Assembly (NCBI GenBank): GCA_963845145.1
Contig: CAWJQU010000016.1
Span: forward strand, 1-64,000
Origin: an uncultured delta proteobacterium
GTDB lineage: Bacteria; Desulfobacterota; Desulfobacteria; Desulfobacterales; QNYZ01
Length of the DNA: 64,000 nucleotides
Direction: 5' to 3'
Shown: positions 54,697-64,000 of the stretch, piece by piece
How the letters are laid out: every line of letters begins with the position of its first letter
How positions within the stretch are numbered: position 1 is the first letter of the stretch
The notes under the pieces: generated by a model
Seen by the model: the letters and a program-made list of their open reading frames with translations, nothing else
The model's database searches: none
Told to the model about the DNA's origin: nothing
Translations under genes and position numbers: made by a program

Positions 54697-56328
54697 TTAT
54701 TTTTCCTTTTTTTGGTTCGGTTTTGGTTTGACGATAATGGTTTCGGCTAAATGGTCATCGGTTTTGTTGAAGGTAAAGCGTTTGCCTACCGAACCATCCG
54801 GTATCTTTTCGGGCCATATCGATTGCGCGGGCTTTGCCGAGGGTGCCTTTCTGGATTCCGGTTGGCTGTTTTCGCCCGGTCGAACGATAATGGTTTCCGG
54901 GAGGATGGCAGCTTTGTCTCCCCGTGGACGCTTTTGATCCAAGTCCTTGTTTTTGAGCGCAGAGAGGCTCGAATGATTAATTGCATTCTCATTTGCTTTG
55001 GGCCAAATATCATCTTGGGCTAATGATCTGGTATTCACGATGATGGTCTCAGGTATTTGCGGGTCCTTTTGAATGCCATCGGAAATGTTCGTTGGGATAC
55101 CTGGTTGTATTAAGGAAGATCGATCCGCCCCTTCGGGCTTTGGAATTCCATCAGAATGAACGATGATGGTTTCATCCATATCTGGATTATCCGCAATGTC
55201 ATTTTGAGCCGAGGGGACCGTTGGCGCAACGAATCTTGGCTCAGGCGTTTTCGTTTGATAAGGCGTGTTGGAGATGTCGTCGGTTTCAGACGCTTTTGAG
55301 GCCTCAAACCGCCATTTGGAAAGAAGCCCGTTAAGAATTAATCGTATCGATTCGTTGGGGGCTGGTTGTGGGTCTTTTTTTATAACCGTTTTTGGCGTGG
55401 GGGGGCACGCCTCATTTGCCAATGTGTAAAGGGCGAGGTGATCGGTATCAAACGAATCAGCCCTGAAAATGAATAGCTGAAACGGGTAAAAAGCAAATGA
55501 TGCTATGCGGTTCCCCACAGGTCCATCGGAAGCATGACAACCCTGGGCCTCAGAGCAAGCACGGCATGGGAACTGTTGGGTAGGCGTCGTTGAAGTGACG
55601 AGGTTCTTAAGATTAAGTATCAAGTCTGTGACGGTTTTCACGCTGTTTTTCGTTTTTATGGATGACTCACTTGTATAAAAGTCGGTCTCACCCGCTAGTT
55701 GATAGCAGGTCGGACAGAACAGATAACGTTTTAGTGATCGGGTATAGGCGTCCAAACCGGTGGTTGTCAGCATGTCGTCATCATGGCACAGGTCGAGCAA
55801 TCCACCACATAAAGGACAGGGCGGGTGAAAAAATTGTTTTTTAAAGGTACAATATAAGAGTGACCGAAATGGGATGAGGCGGCCACCTGTCGTCTTTTGT
55901 GCACTTAACGGGTGAAAAATTTTATCAAAAGCGCTGTCCTGAGATAAGCGATCAAACGCCTGTTTCCAGAGTTGTTCAACCGCTGGGTTGGTCGATTCAG
56001 GCAACAGATCTTTTGGGGGATGGGGGCGATCATTTTGAAGCAATACCAAAAGATCCACAATCTTACTACCGGCGTCGGTCTTAAGAGATGCTTTAATCGC
56101 ATGGGTCAAGGGGTCCTGGAGATCAAGGGTTTCGAATGGAAAGGCGGAATTGCCCTTTTCAGAAACCTTCGGTTGTGGCATGAAGTCAATGTGGATTCCG
56201 CTCCTGCCCGAAGGAAGATAGGGCAGAAACGTTGGGTACGCATGGGCGGGTGTGGTTTCAGAAATCGTCATGGTCCTAGCCATAAGGGGTAAGCTTTGAA
56301 AACCAAAAGAAGTAATCATCCAATACAT
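54697..56328 (-). CDS. T6SS-associated Cys-rich (zinc-ribbon-like) protein with disordered tail carrying four ETIIV motifs
   Basis: FFHPPCPLCG, LFCPTC, FPCRAC....C; ETIIV x4; first gene of the operon, start uncertain. Confidence 0.7.
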   Translation of the reverse strand: MYWMITSFGFQSLPLMARTMTISETTPAHAYPTFLPYLPSGRSGIHIDFMPQPKVSEKGNSAFPFETLDLQDPLTHAIKASLKTDAGSKIVDLLVLLQNDRPHPPKDLLPESTNPAVEQLWKQAFDRLSQDSAFDKIFHPLSAQKTTGGRLIPFRSLLYCTFKKQFFHPPCPLCGGLLDLCHDDDMLTTTGLDAYTRSLKRYLFCPTCYQLAGETDFYTSESSIKTKNSVKTVTDLILNLKNLVTSTTPTQQFPCRACSEAQGCHASDGPVGNRIASFAFYPFQLFIFRADSFDTDHLALYTLANEACPPTPKTVIKKDPQPAPNESIRLILNGLLSKWRFEASKASETDDISNTPYQTKTPEPRFVAPTVPSAQNDIADNPDMDETIIVHSDGIPKPEGADRSSLIQPGIPTNISDGIQKDPQIPETIIVNTRSLAQDDIWPKANENAINHSSLSALKNKDLDQKRPRGDKAAILPETIIVRPGENSQPESRKAPSAKPAQSIWPEKIPDGSVGKRFTFNKTDDHLAETIIVKPKPNQKKEK

Positions 56329-56518
56329 AAGCTTTTTTTCCTTTCAAGGCAATACGCAAACAAATGGGGTGGCTTTGGCGGAGAGGCTTGGGGTTGATCC
56401 CCGAAAGGTGGCGCTATCCTGTGCGCGGCAATTTTTAATACGGCCATTCTTGACTTGCCAGATATGATGAAGTACATCCTTGCCTAACCTTAATATACAA
56501 AATGGGCTGAAAATAGAG

Positions 56519-57106
56519 ATGAAACGTACCGCGACAATCACACGTCAGACCAAAGAGACCGACATCCGCCTTGAGTTTAATTTAGATGGTGCCGGTAAGG
56601 CCGATATCGATACCGGCATCCCCTTCTTCGATCACATGCTGACGCTTTTTACCGCCCATGGCTTTTTTGATTTAACGATTGCCGGAAAGGGTGATATCGA
56701 GGTTGATTTCCATCATATGGTGGAAGATGTTGGACTGGTTTTAGGCGACGCTCTGGCCGAGGCCGTAGGGACTAAAAAAGGAATTCGGCGTTTCGGTCAT
56801 GCCGTAACCCCCATGGATGAAGCCTTAAGCGATGTTACGATCGATTTGTCCAATCGTCCCTATATGGTTTTTGATGTACCGATTGAGGGGCGGTCCGGCC
56901 AATTTTTTGATACGGCCCTGGCCAAGGAGTTTTTTAAAAGTTTTGCCTCCCGGGCGACCATGAATCTTCATATCAGACTGCCCTATGGCGAAAACGAGCA
57001 TCATATCGTTGAGTCGATTTTTAAATCGGTTGGTCGAGCCCTGGATCAGGCCACCCAGCCTGATGAACGTGTCATCGGGGTTCGTTCTACCAAGGGCGCC
57101 TTATGA
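56519..57106 (+). CDS. hisB: Imidazoleglycerol-phosphate dehydratase
   Basis: RQTKETDI, TGIPFFDHML, DFHHMVED, PMDEAL, NEHHIVE, STKGAL; start ATG 56519. Confidence 0.97.
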   Translation: MKRTATITRQTKETDIRLEFNLDGAGKADIDTGIPFFDHMLTLFTAHGFFDLTIAGKGDIEVDFHHMVEDVGLVLGDALAEAVGTKKGIRRFGHAVTPMDEALSDVTIDLSNRPYMVFDVPIEGRSGQFFDTALAKEFFKSFASRATMNLHIRLPYGENEHHIVESIFKSVGRALDQATQPDERVIGVRSTKGAL

Positions 57107-57197
57107 TATTTGCCGCCGACCTTTTTTTGGGGGACCCATTCGGGACGATTTTAATCGGTGGGATCACGCTAATAATAAGAAATGGAAGTTGCCATAA

Positions 57198-57929
57198 ATG
57201 ATTATCATCCCTGCTGTTGATATTCGTCAGGGTAAATGTGTGCGTCTGCGCCAGGGGCGCCAGGATCAAGAAACGGTTTTTTCAGATGATCCGGCGGCGA
57301 TGGCCCTGCGTTGGGCCGATGCCGGTGCCCGTCTTATTCATGTTATCGATCTGGATGGGGCTTTCAATCAGCGGCCCCAAAATCTCGAGGCGATTAAAAA
57401 AATTGTTAGCAGCATCGATACGCCCATTCAGGTCGGCGGTGGCATTCGGGACGCCCGGACCATCGAAACCTACATGACCCTGGGTGTGGCCAAAGTGATC
57501 ATCGGGACGGAAGCGATTCGCAATCCCGATATGATTAAAAAAGCGGCTTTGGACTATCCGGGCCGTATTGTTGTGGCCATTGATGCGCGTGACGGCAAAG
57601 TCGCCATTGAAGGGTGGACTGAAACCACACAGGCATCGGCCATCGACCTGGCCAAAAAATTTGAAGATTGCGGCGTGGCCGCCATTAATTTTACGGATAT
57701 TCATCGGGATGGCATGCAGACCGGGCCGAATATCGAGCAAACCCGCCACCTGGCCGAATCCATCAACGTGCCTGTGGTTGCCTCCGGAGGCGTGGCGACT
57801 TTAAACGATATAAAAAACCTTTTGCCCCTTGAAGCTGTGGGTGTTACCGGCGTTATTACTGGCAATGCCCTGTATAGCGGCTCTCTGGATTTGAAGGCGG
57901 CGATTGCCCTTGCTGAAACAGGGGGCTGA
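57198..57929 (+). CDS. hisA: ProFAR isomerase HisA
   Basis: IIPAVDIRQGKCVRLRQG, HVIDLDGA, QVGGGIR, TDIHRDG, ASGGV. Confidence 0.97.
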   Translation: MIIIPAVDIRQGKCVRLRQGRQDQETVFSDDPAAMALRWADAGARLIHVIDLDGAFNQRPQNLEAIKKIVSSIDTPIQVGGGIRDARTIETYMTLGVAKVIIGTEAIRNPDMIKKAALDYPGRIVVAIDARDGKVAIEGWTETTQASAIDLAKKFEDCGVAAINFTDIHRDGMQTGPNIEQTRHLAESINVPVVASGGVATLNDIKNLLPLEAVGVTGVITGNALYSGSLDLKAAIALAETGG

Positions 57930-58046
57930 TCTGTTACCGTTATCCGGTGCATCCATTCTTGTAAACTGAACTTATGGACCGATCTTATGAACTGGTCTAA
58001 TGGGCTGGGCCCCCGGTTTTTTGCGATTGAAGATCACAATCGATCC

Positions 58047-58075
58047 TTGACAAGTATGATTAAAATTATTATTAT
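58047..58075 (+). promoter_or_regulatory. Putative sigma70 promoter of dnaG-rpoD
   Basis: TTGACA-17 bp-TATTAT. Confidence 0.6.
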
Positions 58076-58202
58076 TAAGGTTTAGCTTTATAGCATTTAA
58101 GCAGTTGAAATCATACGAATTTGTTAAGGTATTTGGAGATTGTGCGGATAGGGCCGGTACCCTTATTGTTTTCGTCTATCGGCCAAATCAGTCGGCAATC
58201 AG

Positions 58203-60050
58203 TTGCATTCCTCATTTCCCGTTCTAAGGAAAAGTCTTTTGCCATTGGTGAATTATATTCCCGATGAAAAAGTAATCGAGATCCGGAACCGTGCCGATAT
58301 TGTTGAAATCGTATCGGATTCGGTTCGACTTAAAAGAACGGGAAAAAATTACCTTGGGCTATGCCCGTTTCATACCGAAAAGACCCCTTCATTTACCGTT
58401 AGTCCCGACAAACAGATATTTCATTGTTTTGGGTGTGGTGAGGGTGGTGACGCTTTCAGTTTCTTAATGAAACAGATGGGGTTATCGTTCCCGGAGGCAA
58501 TGCGCCTGATTGCCCGGAGATACGGTATTGAGATTCCGCAGCGCGCAATGACGCCGGAACAGCAAAAAAATATAGACCGCAGGCAACGTCTACTGGCGGC
58601 CAATCAGAAAGCCAAGGAATATTATCAACAGACATTAAAGAATACTGCTGCCGGCCAACAAGCCCAGACGTATCTTAAAAAACGGGGTGTCACGTCTGAA
58701 ACGATTGACAATTTTGCCCTTGGTTTAGCACCGGACGGATGGCAGGGGGTAAACGACCACTTAAAGGCGGCGGGTTTCTCTGCTGATGAGGGCCAGGCCG
58801 CTGGCCTGATCGTGTCGAACAGGCGCGAAACCGGTTATTATGATCGTTTTCGCAACCGCGTTGTTTTTCCTATTTTCGATTTGGGGGAGCGTGTTGTCGG
58901 CTTTGGTGGAAGGGTCATGGGCGATGGGGAGCCGAAATATTTAAATTCCCCGGAGTCTCCCATCTATAATAAGCGGCGGATCTTGTATGGGTTGAATCGA
59001 TCCCGTCAGGCATGCCGACGTACAGGTATCATTCACATCGTTGAAGGCTATTTCGATCTGTTGACCCTTTACCAGAATGGGATTGAAAATGTCGCCGCCA
59101 CGCTCGGTACGGCGTTGACCGATGAGCATATTCGATTGATAAAGGGGCATGCCGAGCAAACGATTCTCATCTTCGATGCCGACGAGGCTGGAGTGAAGGC
59201 GGCCTTGCGTAGCTGCAATCTGTTTTTGGCGGCTGGGATTGAGGCACGTGTGCTCGTATTGCCCGATGGGCATGATCCGGATTCGTTTGTTCGCCAATCC
59301 GGGGCGGCCGCGTTTGAAAAAGCCACAAAAAATGCACCGGGCATCATCGGATTTATAATCGATTCGGCGATTAACCGAATCGGTCTATCCGTTGAAGGTC
59401 GAATTCGTATCATTTCCGAACTGCAACCGGTTTTGACGACCATTGTCGATCCGGTGGCGCGGTCACTATATATCCGTGAACTGGCCGACCGTATCGGTGT
59501 GGAGGAAAAGGCGATACGGGAAAAGATGCGTCAGACGGCTCCGGGAAATAGGCATCCCGACATGCTTTCAAAAGGCAACCCTGTTTCGAAAAAGAGAAAC
59601 GATGCTTTCACCGGGCCTGCTTTCAAGCTGGAGCGTTTGATCGTGGCCATGCTGCTTCAATATCCGAAGATGATTCCACAAATCGAAGAAAGTGGGATTG
59701 TGGCGCAATTCACGGATCCACGGCTGCAGACGATTGGGCGTCAAATTATTGAAAATAAAGAAATAGCTGAAACGGGTATCCCCGAATTAATTGAAATGAC
59801 TAAAGATCCGGATCTCAAACGGATTATTACATCGTTGGCCATGGGCGATGGTGATAAATGGTCCGAAAAAGATTGTTTGCGAACGATCAACCAATATAAA
59901 AAAAGGATCAGTGACGGCGGGCGGCATCAATTAATGGCAAAAATCAAAATCGCCGAGGCTGCCGGAGACCATGAAACCGTTGCCCGGCTTTCGCGGCAAT
60001 TGCTTTTGGATATAAAAGATAACACTCGCAAATCGGCGAGTATGGAATAA
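58203..60050 (+). CDS. dnaG: DNA primase (true start probably near 58245-58248)
   Basis: CPFH..KTPSF..FHCFGC zinc finger, DRFRNR, KYLNSPE, VEGYFD, FDADEAG. Confidence 0.98.
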   Translation: MHSSFPVLRKSLLPLVNYIPDEKVIEIRNRADIVEIVSDSVRLKRTGKNYLGLCPFHTEKTPSFTVSPDKQIFHCFGCGEGGDAFSFLMKQMGLSFPEAMRLIARRYGIEIPQRAMTPEQQKNIDRRQRLLAANQKAKEYYQQTLKNTAAGQQAQTYLKKRGVTSETIDNFALGLAPDGWQGVNDHLKAAGFSADEGQAAGLIVSNRRETGYYDRFRNRVVFPIFDLGERVVGFGGRVMGDGEPKYLNSPESPIYNKRRILYGLNRSRQACRRTGIIHIVEGYFDLLTLYQNGIENVAATLGTALTDEHIRLIKGHAEQTILIFDADEAGVKAALRSCNLFLAAGIEARVLVLPDGHDPDSFVRQSGAAAFEKATKNAPGIIGFIIDSAINRIGLSVEGRIRIISELQPVLTTIVDPVARSLYIRELADRIGVEEKAIREKMRQTAPGNRHPDMLSKGNPVSKKRNDAFTGPAFKLERLIVAMLLQYPKMIPQIEESGIVAQFTDPRLQTIGRQIIENKEIAETGIPELIEMTKDPDLKRIITSLAMGDGDKWSEKDCLRTINQYKKRISDGGRHQLMAKIKIAEAAGDHETVARLSRQLLLDIKDNTRKSASME

Positions 60051-60088
60051 TTAGACTCTTATTTCGGTGATGTAGGAGGCAGGTTCAT

Positions 60089-61876
60089 ATGGCAAAAGCG
60101 TCAACCCCCAAAAAAAATGTCGGTTCTAAAGGCAAGCCTGCGGTCAAGGAGAGCGCTGCAGTATTGGAAAAAACGATCAAAGCTCTCCTAACGAAAGGTA
60201 AAAAGAAAAAAAAGATCGCGGTAGATGATATTGCCGCCAAACTACCTCAGAAAGAATATACATCTGAACAACTGGATGAAATCATTCTGCGGTTGAATGA
60301 GGCGGGTATTCAGATTGTCGATCCTCAAAAAGCGCTGGTAAAAAAAGCGGATACCAAAAAGCCGGTAAAAGCCAAAACAAGCGTAACGCCTGATTACGGG
60401 CGTGTTAATGATCCGGTAAAGCTGTACCTGCGCGAAATGGGCATGGTGACCCTGTTAAGCCGCGAAGGTGAAGTCGAAATTGCCAAAAAAATCGAAAACG
60501 GCGAGCGGGAGGTTTTAAAAGCCTTAATCGATACCCAGACCGGGGTGGAGGCGATCCTCGATTTGAGTGATAAAATGGAAAACGGCCTCGTTCGGCCTAG
60601 ATATATTTTAAAAGACCTGGAAGAGGGCGATAATTATGTCGAGGAAGCCGTTCAAATTGATAAATTTCTCGTTGTTGCCCGATCCATACGTGAGATTCAC
60701 GATGAAAACAAAGCGTTAAGAGAATCATTATTTAACGAAAAAATGTCTTCCCAGGAACAACGTCGGGTCAGACGTTCCATTAATCGTCGGAACCGTAAAA
60801 TTTTTAATTTTTTAAAAACCTGGCGTTTTGAGGGTGCCATCGTCCACAAGATTGAAAAGCTTATTCGGCGTCAGGGCCAATGGTTTGATCATATGAACGA
60901 TCTGTTTGCCTTAAGCGCCCGATCCTGTGCGGTATCTCCGACCAAACTGCGGGAGAAGCTCAATAACAAGAAGGGGTTTGTGAAATGGCTGACTGCAGGA
61001 AGCGATTTAAATAAAAGTGACATCGAGGGGCTTTGGTCCGAGCTGTCCACCTTTGACGACGAGGTGTTGAAAAAGGAAAATGCGATTAAGGTGAGGTATC
61101 GGAACATGCATCGCGTCATGACCAATATCGATAGCGGTCATATACGCGCCAAAAAGGCGAAAAGTGAGCTGACGCGGGCCAACCTCCGTCTCGTGGTCAG
61201 CATCGCCAAAAAATACACAAACCGTGGGTTGCAGTTTCTCGATTTGATTCAGGAAGGAAATATCGGGCTGATGAAGGCCGTGGATAAGTTTGAATACCGA
61301 CGGGGTTACAAGTTCAGCACCTATGCCACTTGGTGGATTCGGCAGGCAATTACCCGGGCCATTGCCGACCAGGCCCGAACCATTCGCATACCGGTCCATA
61401 TGATTGAAACCATCAACAAGCTGATTCGAACCTCCCGCTATTTGGTTCAGGAACTGGGCCGTGAACCCGACCCGGAAGAGATCGCCGAGAAAATGGAAAT
61501 ACCACTGAACAAAGTTCGTAAAGTGCTCAAGATTGCCCGAGAGCCAATTTCCCTGGAAACACCCATTGGTGAAGAGGAAGACAGCCATCTGGGCGATTTC
61601 ATTGAGGATAAAAAATTTATGCTGCCTTCCGATGCGTCGGTCAATTTGAACCTGGCCGAACAGACGCGAAAAGTTTTGGCAACATTGACCCCCAGGGAAG
61701 AAAAAGTGTTGCGCATGCGCTTCGGCATAGGAGAAAAATCAGATCACACATTGGAGGAGGTAGGGCAGGATTTTTCCGTGACGCGGGAGCGGATTCGCCA
61801 AATTGAAGCCAAGGCCTTGCGTAAATTGCGTCATCCCACGCGAAGTCGAAAATTAAAAAATTTTATTGATAATTGA
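60089..61876 (+). CDS. rpoD: RNA polymerase primary sigma factor
   Basis: [60 protein letters not shown]. Confidence 0.98.
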   Translation: MAKASTPKKNVGSKGKPAVKESAAVLEKTIKALLTKGKKKKKIAVDDIAAKLPQKEYTSEQLDEIILRLNEAGIQIVDPQKALVKKADTKKPVKAKTSVTPDYGRVNDPVKLYLREMGMVTLLSREGEVEIAKKIENGEREVLKALIDTQTGVEAILDLSDKMENGLVRPRYILKDLEEGDNYVEEAVQIDKFLVVARSIREIHDENKALRESLFNEKMSSQEQRRVRRSINRRNRKIFNFLKTWRFEGAIVHKIEKLIRRQGQWFDHMNDLFALSARSCAVSPTKLREKLNNKKGFVKWLTAGSDLNKSDIEGLWSELSTFDDEVLKKENAIKVRYRNMHRVMTNIDSGHIRAKKAKSELTRANLRLVVSIAKKYTNRGLQFLDLIQEGNIGLMKAVDKFEYRRGYKFSTYATWWIRQAITRAIADQARTIRIPVHMIETINKLIRTSRYLVQELGREPDPEEIAEKMEIPLNKVRKVLKIAREPISLETPIGEEEDSHLGDFIEDKKFMLPSDASVNLNLAEQTRKVLATLTPREEKVLRMRFGIGEKSDHTLEEVGQDFSVTRERIRQIEAKALRKLRHPTRSRKLKNFIDN

Positions 61877-61887
61877 AGGGTCAGTTC

Positions 61888-61916
61888 TTGACAAATCATC
61901 GAGCCGTGAGTACGTA
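61888..61916 (+). promoter_or_regulatory. Putative promoter of the tRNA gene
   Basis: TTGACA-17 bp-TACGTA, ending 17 bp before the tRNA. Confidence 0.4.
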
Positions 61917-61933
61917 CCAGCGGCGAGGTATTA

Positions 61934-62006
61934 GGGCCCATAGCTCAGCTGGCAGAGCCACCGGCTCATAACCGGTCGGTCCCTGGTTCGAATCCAGGTG
62001 GGCCCA
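61934..62006 (+). tRNA. tRNA with CAT anticodon, probably tRNA-Ile2 (lysidine-modified); CCA not encoded
   Basis: Full cloverleaf GGGCCCA...CTCATAA...GGTTCGAATCC...TGGGCCCA; position after rpoD as for ileX. Confidence 0.92.
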
Positions 62007-62072
62007 CTTTTCACATGAACCTTTGGTTGTCTGTACACAACCCCTAAACCGCACCTATATTTATAGAAAACT

Positions 62073-62912
62073 ATGGACTTGAAGGTCACAGATGTCATTC
62101 GAATCATGGAATCCATCGCACCGTCATCTTTGGCCGAAGAGTGGGACAATGTCGGCTTACAAGTGGGGCGGGGCGACTGGCCGGTTCGAAGTATATGGGT
62201 CGCTTTAGATCCAACGCCCGACGTCATGGAGGCGGCCTGTAACGCGGGAGCGGATCTTCTAATCACCCACCACCCATTGATTTTTAAAGCACTTGATCGA
62301 ATTGACTTTGATACGCCTACCGGAAAGGTTATTCGGCGCGCAGCATCGAACAAGACGGCTATATTTGCGGCACACACCAATTTAGACAGTGTCCATGGGG
62401 GCTTAAACGATCTGCTTGCCCGAAAACTCGGGCTGAAAAAATGCATGTCACTATCGCCACTTTCTCACGGACTTGAGCTTCAGGATAAATCCGTCCTATC
62501 GAATGATTCGCCCACCGGCCTGGGTCGAATCGGGATGCTTCCAAAAGAAACCGTTTTGGCCCGGCTGGTATCCGATATTAAAAAAAAACTTGGCCTGGCA
62601 TCGATTCGGTTGGTGGGGGATCGCGATCTACCGGTTCGAAAGGTGGCCATCTGCACAGGTAGCGGCGGCAGCCTTATCCCGGCCTTTTTAGCCTCTGACG
62701 CCCAGGTGTTTGTCAGCGGGGATTTGTCCTATCATAACGGACGGGTGGTGGAATCAATGGGGCGGGCGATGATCGACATCGGTCATTTTGCTTCCGAACA
62801 TCTGATGGTGGAAGATTTAACCCGTCGACTGAAAGACACGCTAAAACAGATGGGTGAAAAGGCAATCGTAACCGGATGCCCTATTGAACAAGATCCTTTT
62901 TCGATCATTTGA
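62073..62912 (+). CDS. Nif3-like dinuclear metal-centre protein
   Basis: WDNVGLQVG, ITHHPL, AHTNLD, GSGG, DIGHFASE. Confidence 0.95.
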   Translation: MDLKVTDVIRIMESIAPSSLAEEWDNVGLQVGRGDWPVRSIWVALDPTPDVMEAACNAGADLLITHHPLIFKALDRIDFDTPTGKVIRRAASNKTAIFAAHTNLDSVHGGLNDLLARKLGLKKCMSLSPLSHGLELQDKSVLSNDSPTGLGRIGMLPKETVLARLVSDIKKKLGLASIRLVGDRDLPVRKVAICTGSGGSLIPAFLASDAQVFVSGDLSYHNGRVVESMGRAMIDIGHFASEHLMVEDLTRRLKDTLKQMGEKAIVTGCPIEQDPFSII

Positions 62913-63019
62913 AAAGTGTTTGATTATTTAATGGATTTGCTCGTAAAGAAGAGGAAAACCCCCATATGGGGTTTATCGAAATTTGAACCGGCCGTGATCA
63001 TTCGCACCTGAAGGAGACC

Positions 63020-63752
63020 ATGTCGATAAAATTACAGATTCAACGCCTGGCGGAATTGCAAACCGTGGAGAATGACATTAGTGGAATTATCCACTTGCTG
63101 ACCAAGATCCCGGAAGAGTTGGAAACATTGGACAGTCAACTATTAGAATTTAAATTAAAAATAGAACGGGTAGAAAATAAAAGCGTCACCCTAGAAAAGC
63201 AATATCGGGACTGGGAAGGGGATAGCCAAGGCCTCTCGTCCAAGATTGAAAAGGAAAATAACAAACTCAATTCCGTAAAAAATAACAAGGAATATCAGGC
63301 GTTGCTGGCGGGAATTGAGCATTTGAAAACCGAGAGATCCGTCATTGAGGATAAAATGATCGAATCGTTGGAAATGATGGATGAAGCCAAAGCGGATCTC
63401 TCCGCGCAAAAAGGTGGAATTTAAACAGTTCGAAGCACAGCTGAACAGGCAGCGGGAAGTCATCCGTCAACAATCTGAAAAAAAAGGGCGGGAACGTGAA
63501 AAGTTAGAGAATGTCAAGGCGAATCTCGTCGGTGAAATTGAGCCCGCTGTGATAGAACGATACCAGCACGTTAAAACCCTTAAAGGACAAGGCCTGGCCA
63601 TAGCCGCCGTCCAGGACGAAGTTTGCAAGGGTTGCAATATGAATATTCCCCCCCAATTGTATAATGACTTGCAACGCTATGAAAGCCTTCTGGTGTGCCC
63701 CAATTGCCAGCGGATTATCTACCATGATCCACCGGCCGATTCCGATGGCTGA
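63020..63752 (+). CDS. Coiled-coil C4-type zinc-ribbon protein, split by an apparent +1 frameshift at the A5 run near 63408-63412
   Basis: KNNKEYQALL..IE coiled coil in ORF 63020..63424; CKGCNM.IPPQ...CPNCQRI in ORF 63381..63752; usual position between Nif3 and rnpB. Confidence 0.88.
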
Positions 63753-63834
63753 TCCATTCTCAGCTTGAGGCTCATTGTTAAATCTTCCAGGCCATATCCG
63801 ATGGATAAACAACGATTGGGATTCCGGCTGTGGC

Positions 63835-63863
63835 TTGAATCCCAATGTATTTAGCGTTATATT
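63835..63863 (+). promoter_or_regulatory. Putative rnpB promoter
   Basis: TTGAAT-17 bp-TATATT. Confidence 0.5.
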
Positions 63864-63874
63864 CGGCCGACGGT

Positions 63875-64000
63875 CGGAGTCGTCCAGACAATCGCTGGTT
63901 GTTTTTAACGACTGGAGGAAAGTCCGAACACCATAGGGCAGGATGCTCCATAACGTGGAGTCGCGGTGACGCGAAGGCAAGTGCAACAGAAAGTAGACCG
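63875..64000 (+). ncRNA. rnpB: RNase P RNA class A, 5' part (truncated by window end)
   Basis: CAGACAATCGC, GGAGGAAAGTCCG, AGTGCAACAGAAAGTAGACCG conserved elements. Confidence 0.95.

Noticed and set aside
56519..57929. hisH missing between hisB and hisA
   Set aside because: Dispersed his genes are common; no remnant visible in the 91-bp gap
63020..63752. Programmed frameshift in the zinc-ribbon gene
   Set aside because: One extra A in a homopolymer with no stimulatory signal seen; sequencing error is simpler
63504..63986. 160-aa minus-strand ORF
   Set aside because: Overlaps rnpB and the zinc-ribbon gene antisense; spurious
1..64000. CRISPR array, rRNA genes, intact transposase or prophage
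   Set aside because: None seen by eye; phage-tail-like genes are T6SS components

Overview
Chromosomal window from a bacterium that looks deltaproteobacterial (Desulfobacterales-like; inferred from protein character and gene order, not proven). The right end (56.5-64 kb) is core genome: hisB, hisA, dnaG, rpoD, tRNA-Ile(CAT), a Nif3-like gene, a C4 zinc-ribbon gene and the 5' part of rnpB. Divergent from hisB is a roughly 27 kb minus-strand type VI secretion system (T6SS). It has a membrane module (Cys-rich protein with four ETIIV motifs, TagH-C-like protein, tssJ, tssK, tssL, tssM, tagF), a tail module with its own predicted promoter (tssA, B, C, tagJ, tssE, F, G, H, hcp, vgrG) and a spike cassette (beta-strand protein, two tandem DUF2169 adaptors, atypical PAAR-like protein). 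To its left are candidate effectors without evident immunity genes, interleaved with two SAM methyltransferases (20-29 kb). Next comes an envelope signalling block (11-20 kb): Ser/Thr kinase-PEGA, double-FHA protein, FHA-TM-lytic transglycosylase, trypsin-like protease, redoxin(SxxS)-TPR-CsgG protein and a CsgG lipoprotein. Paralogous CsgG-TPR-helix-Ig proteins and FN3 lipoproteins occupy 6-11 kb. The left end holds three cysteine-protease-type genes and an MbnH-like di-heme protein, bounded by a decayed integrase tail and a tRNA-Ala 3' fragment (att site). Single-base frameshifts (MbnH-like x2, tssA, tssM x2, zinc ribbon) may be assembly errors. All family assignments come from recognising motifs by eye; no database search was run.
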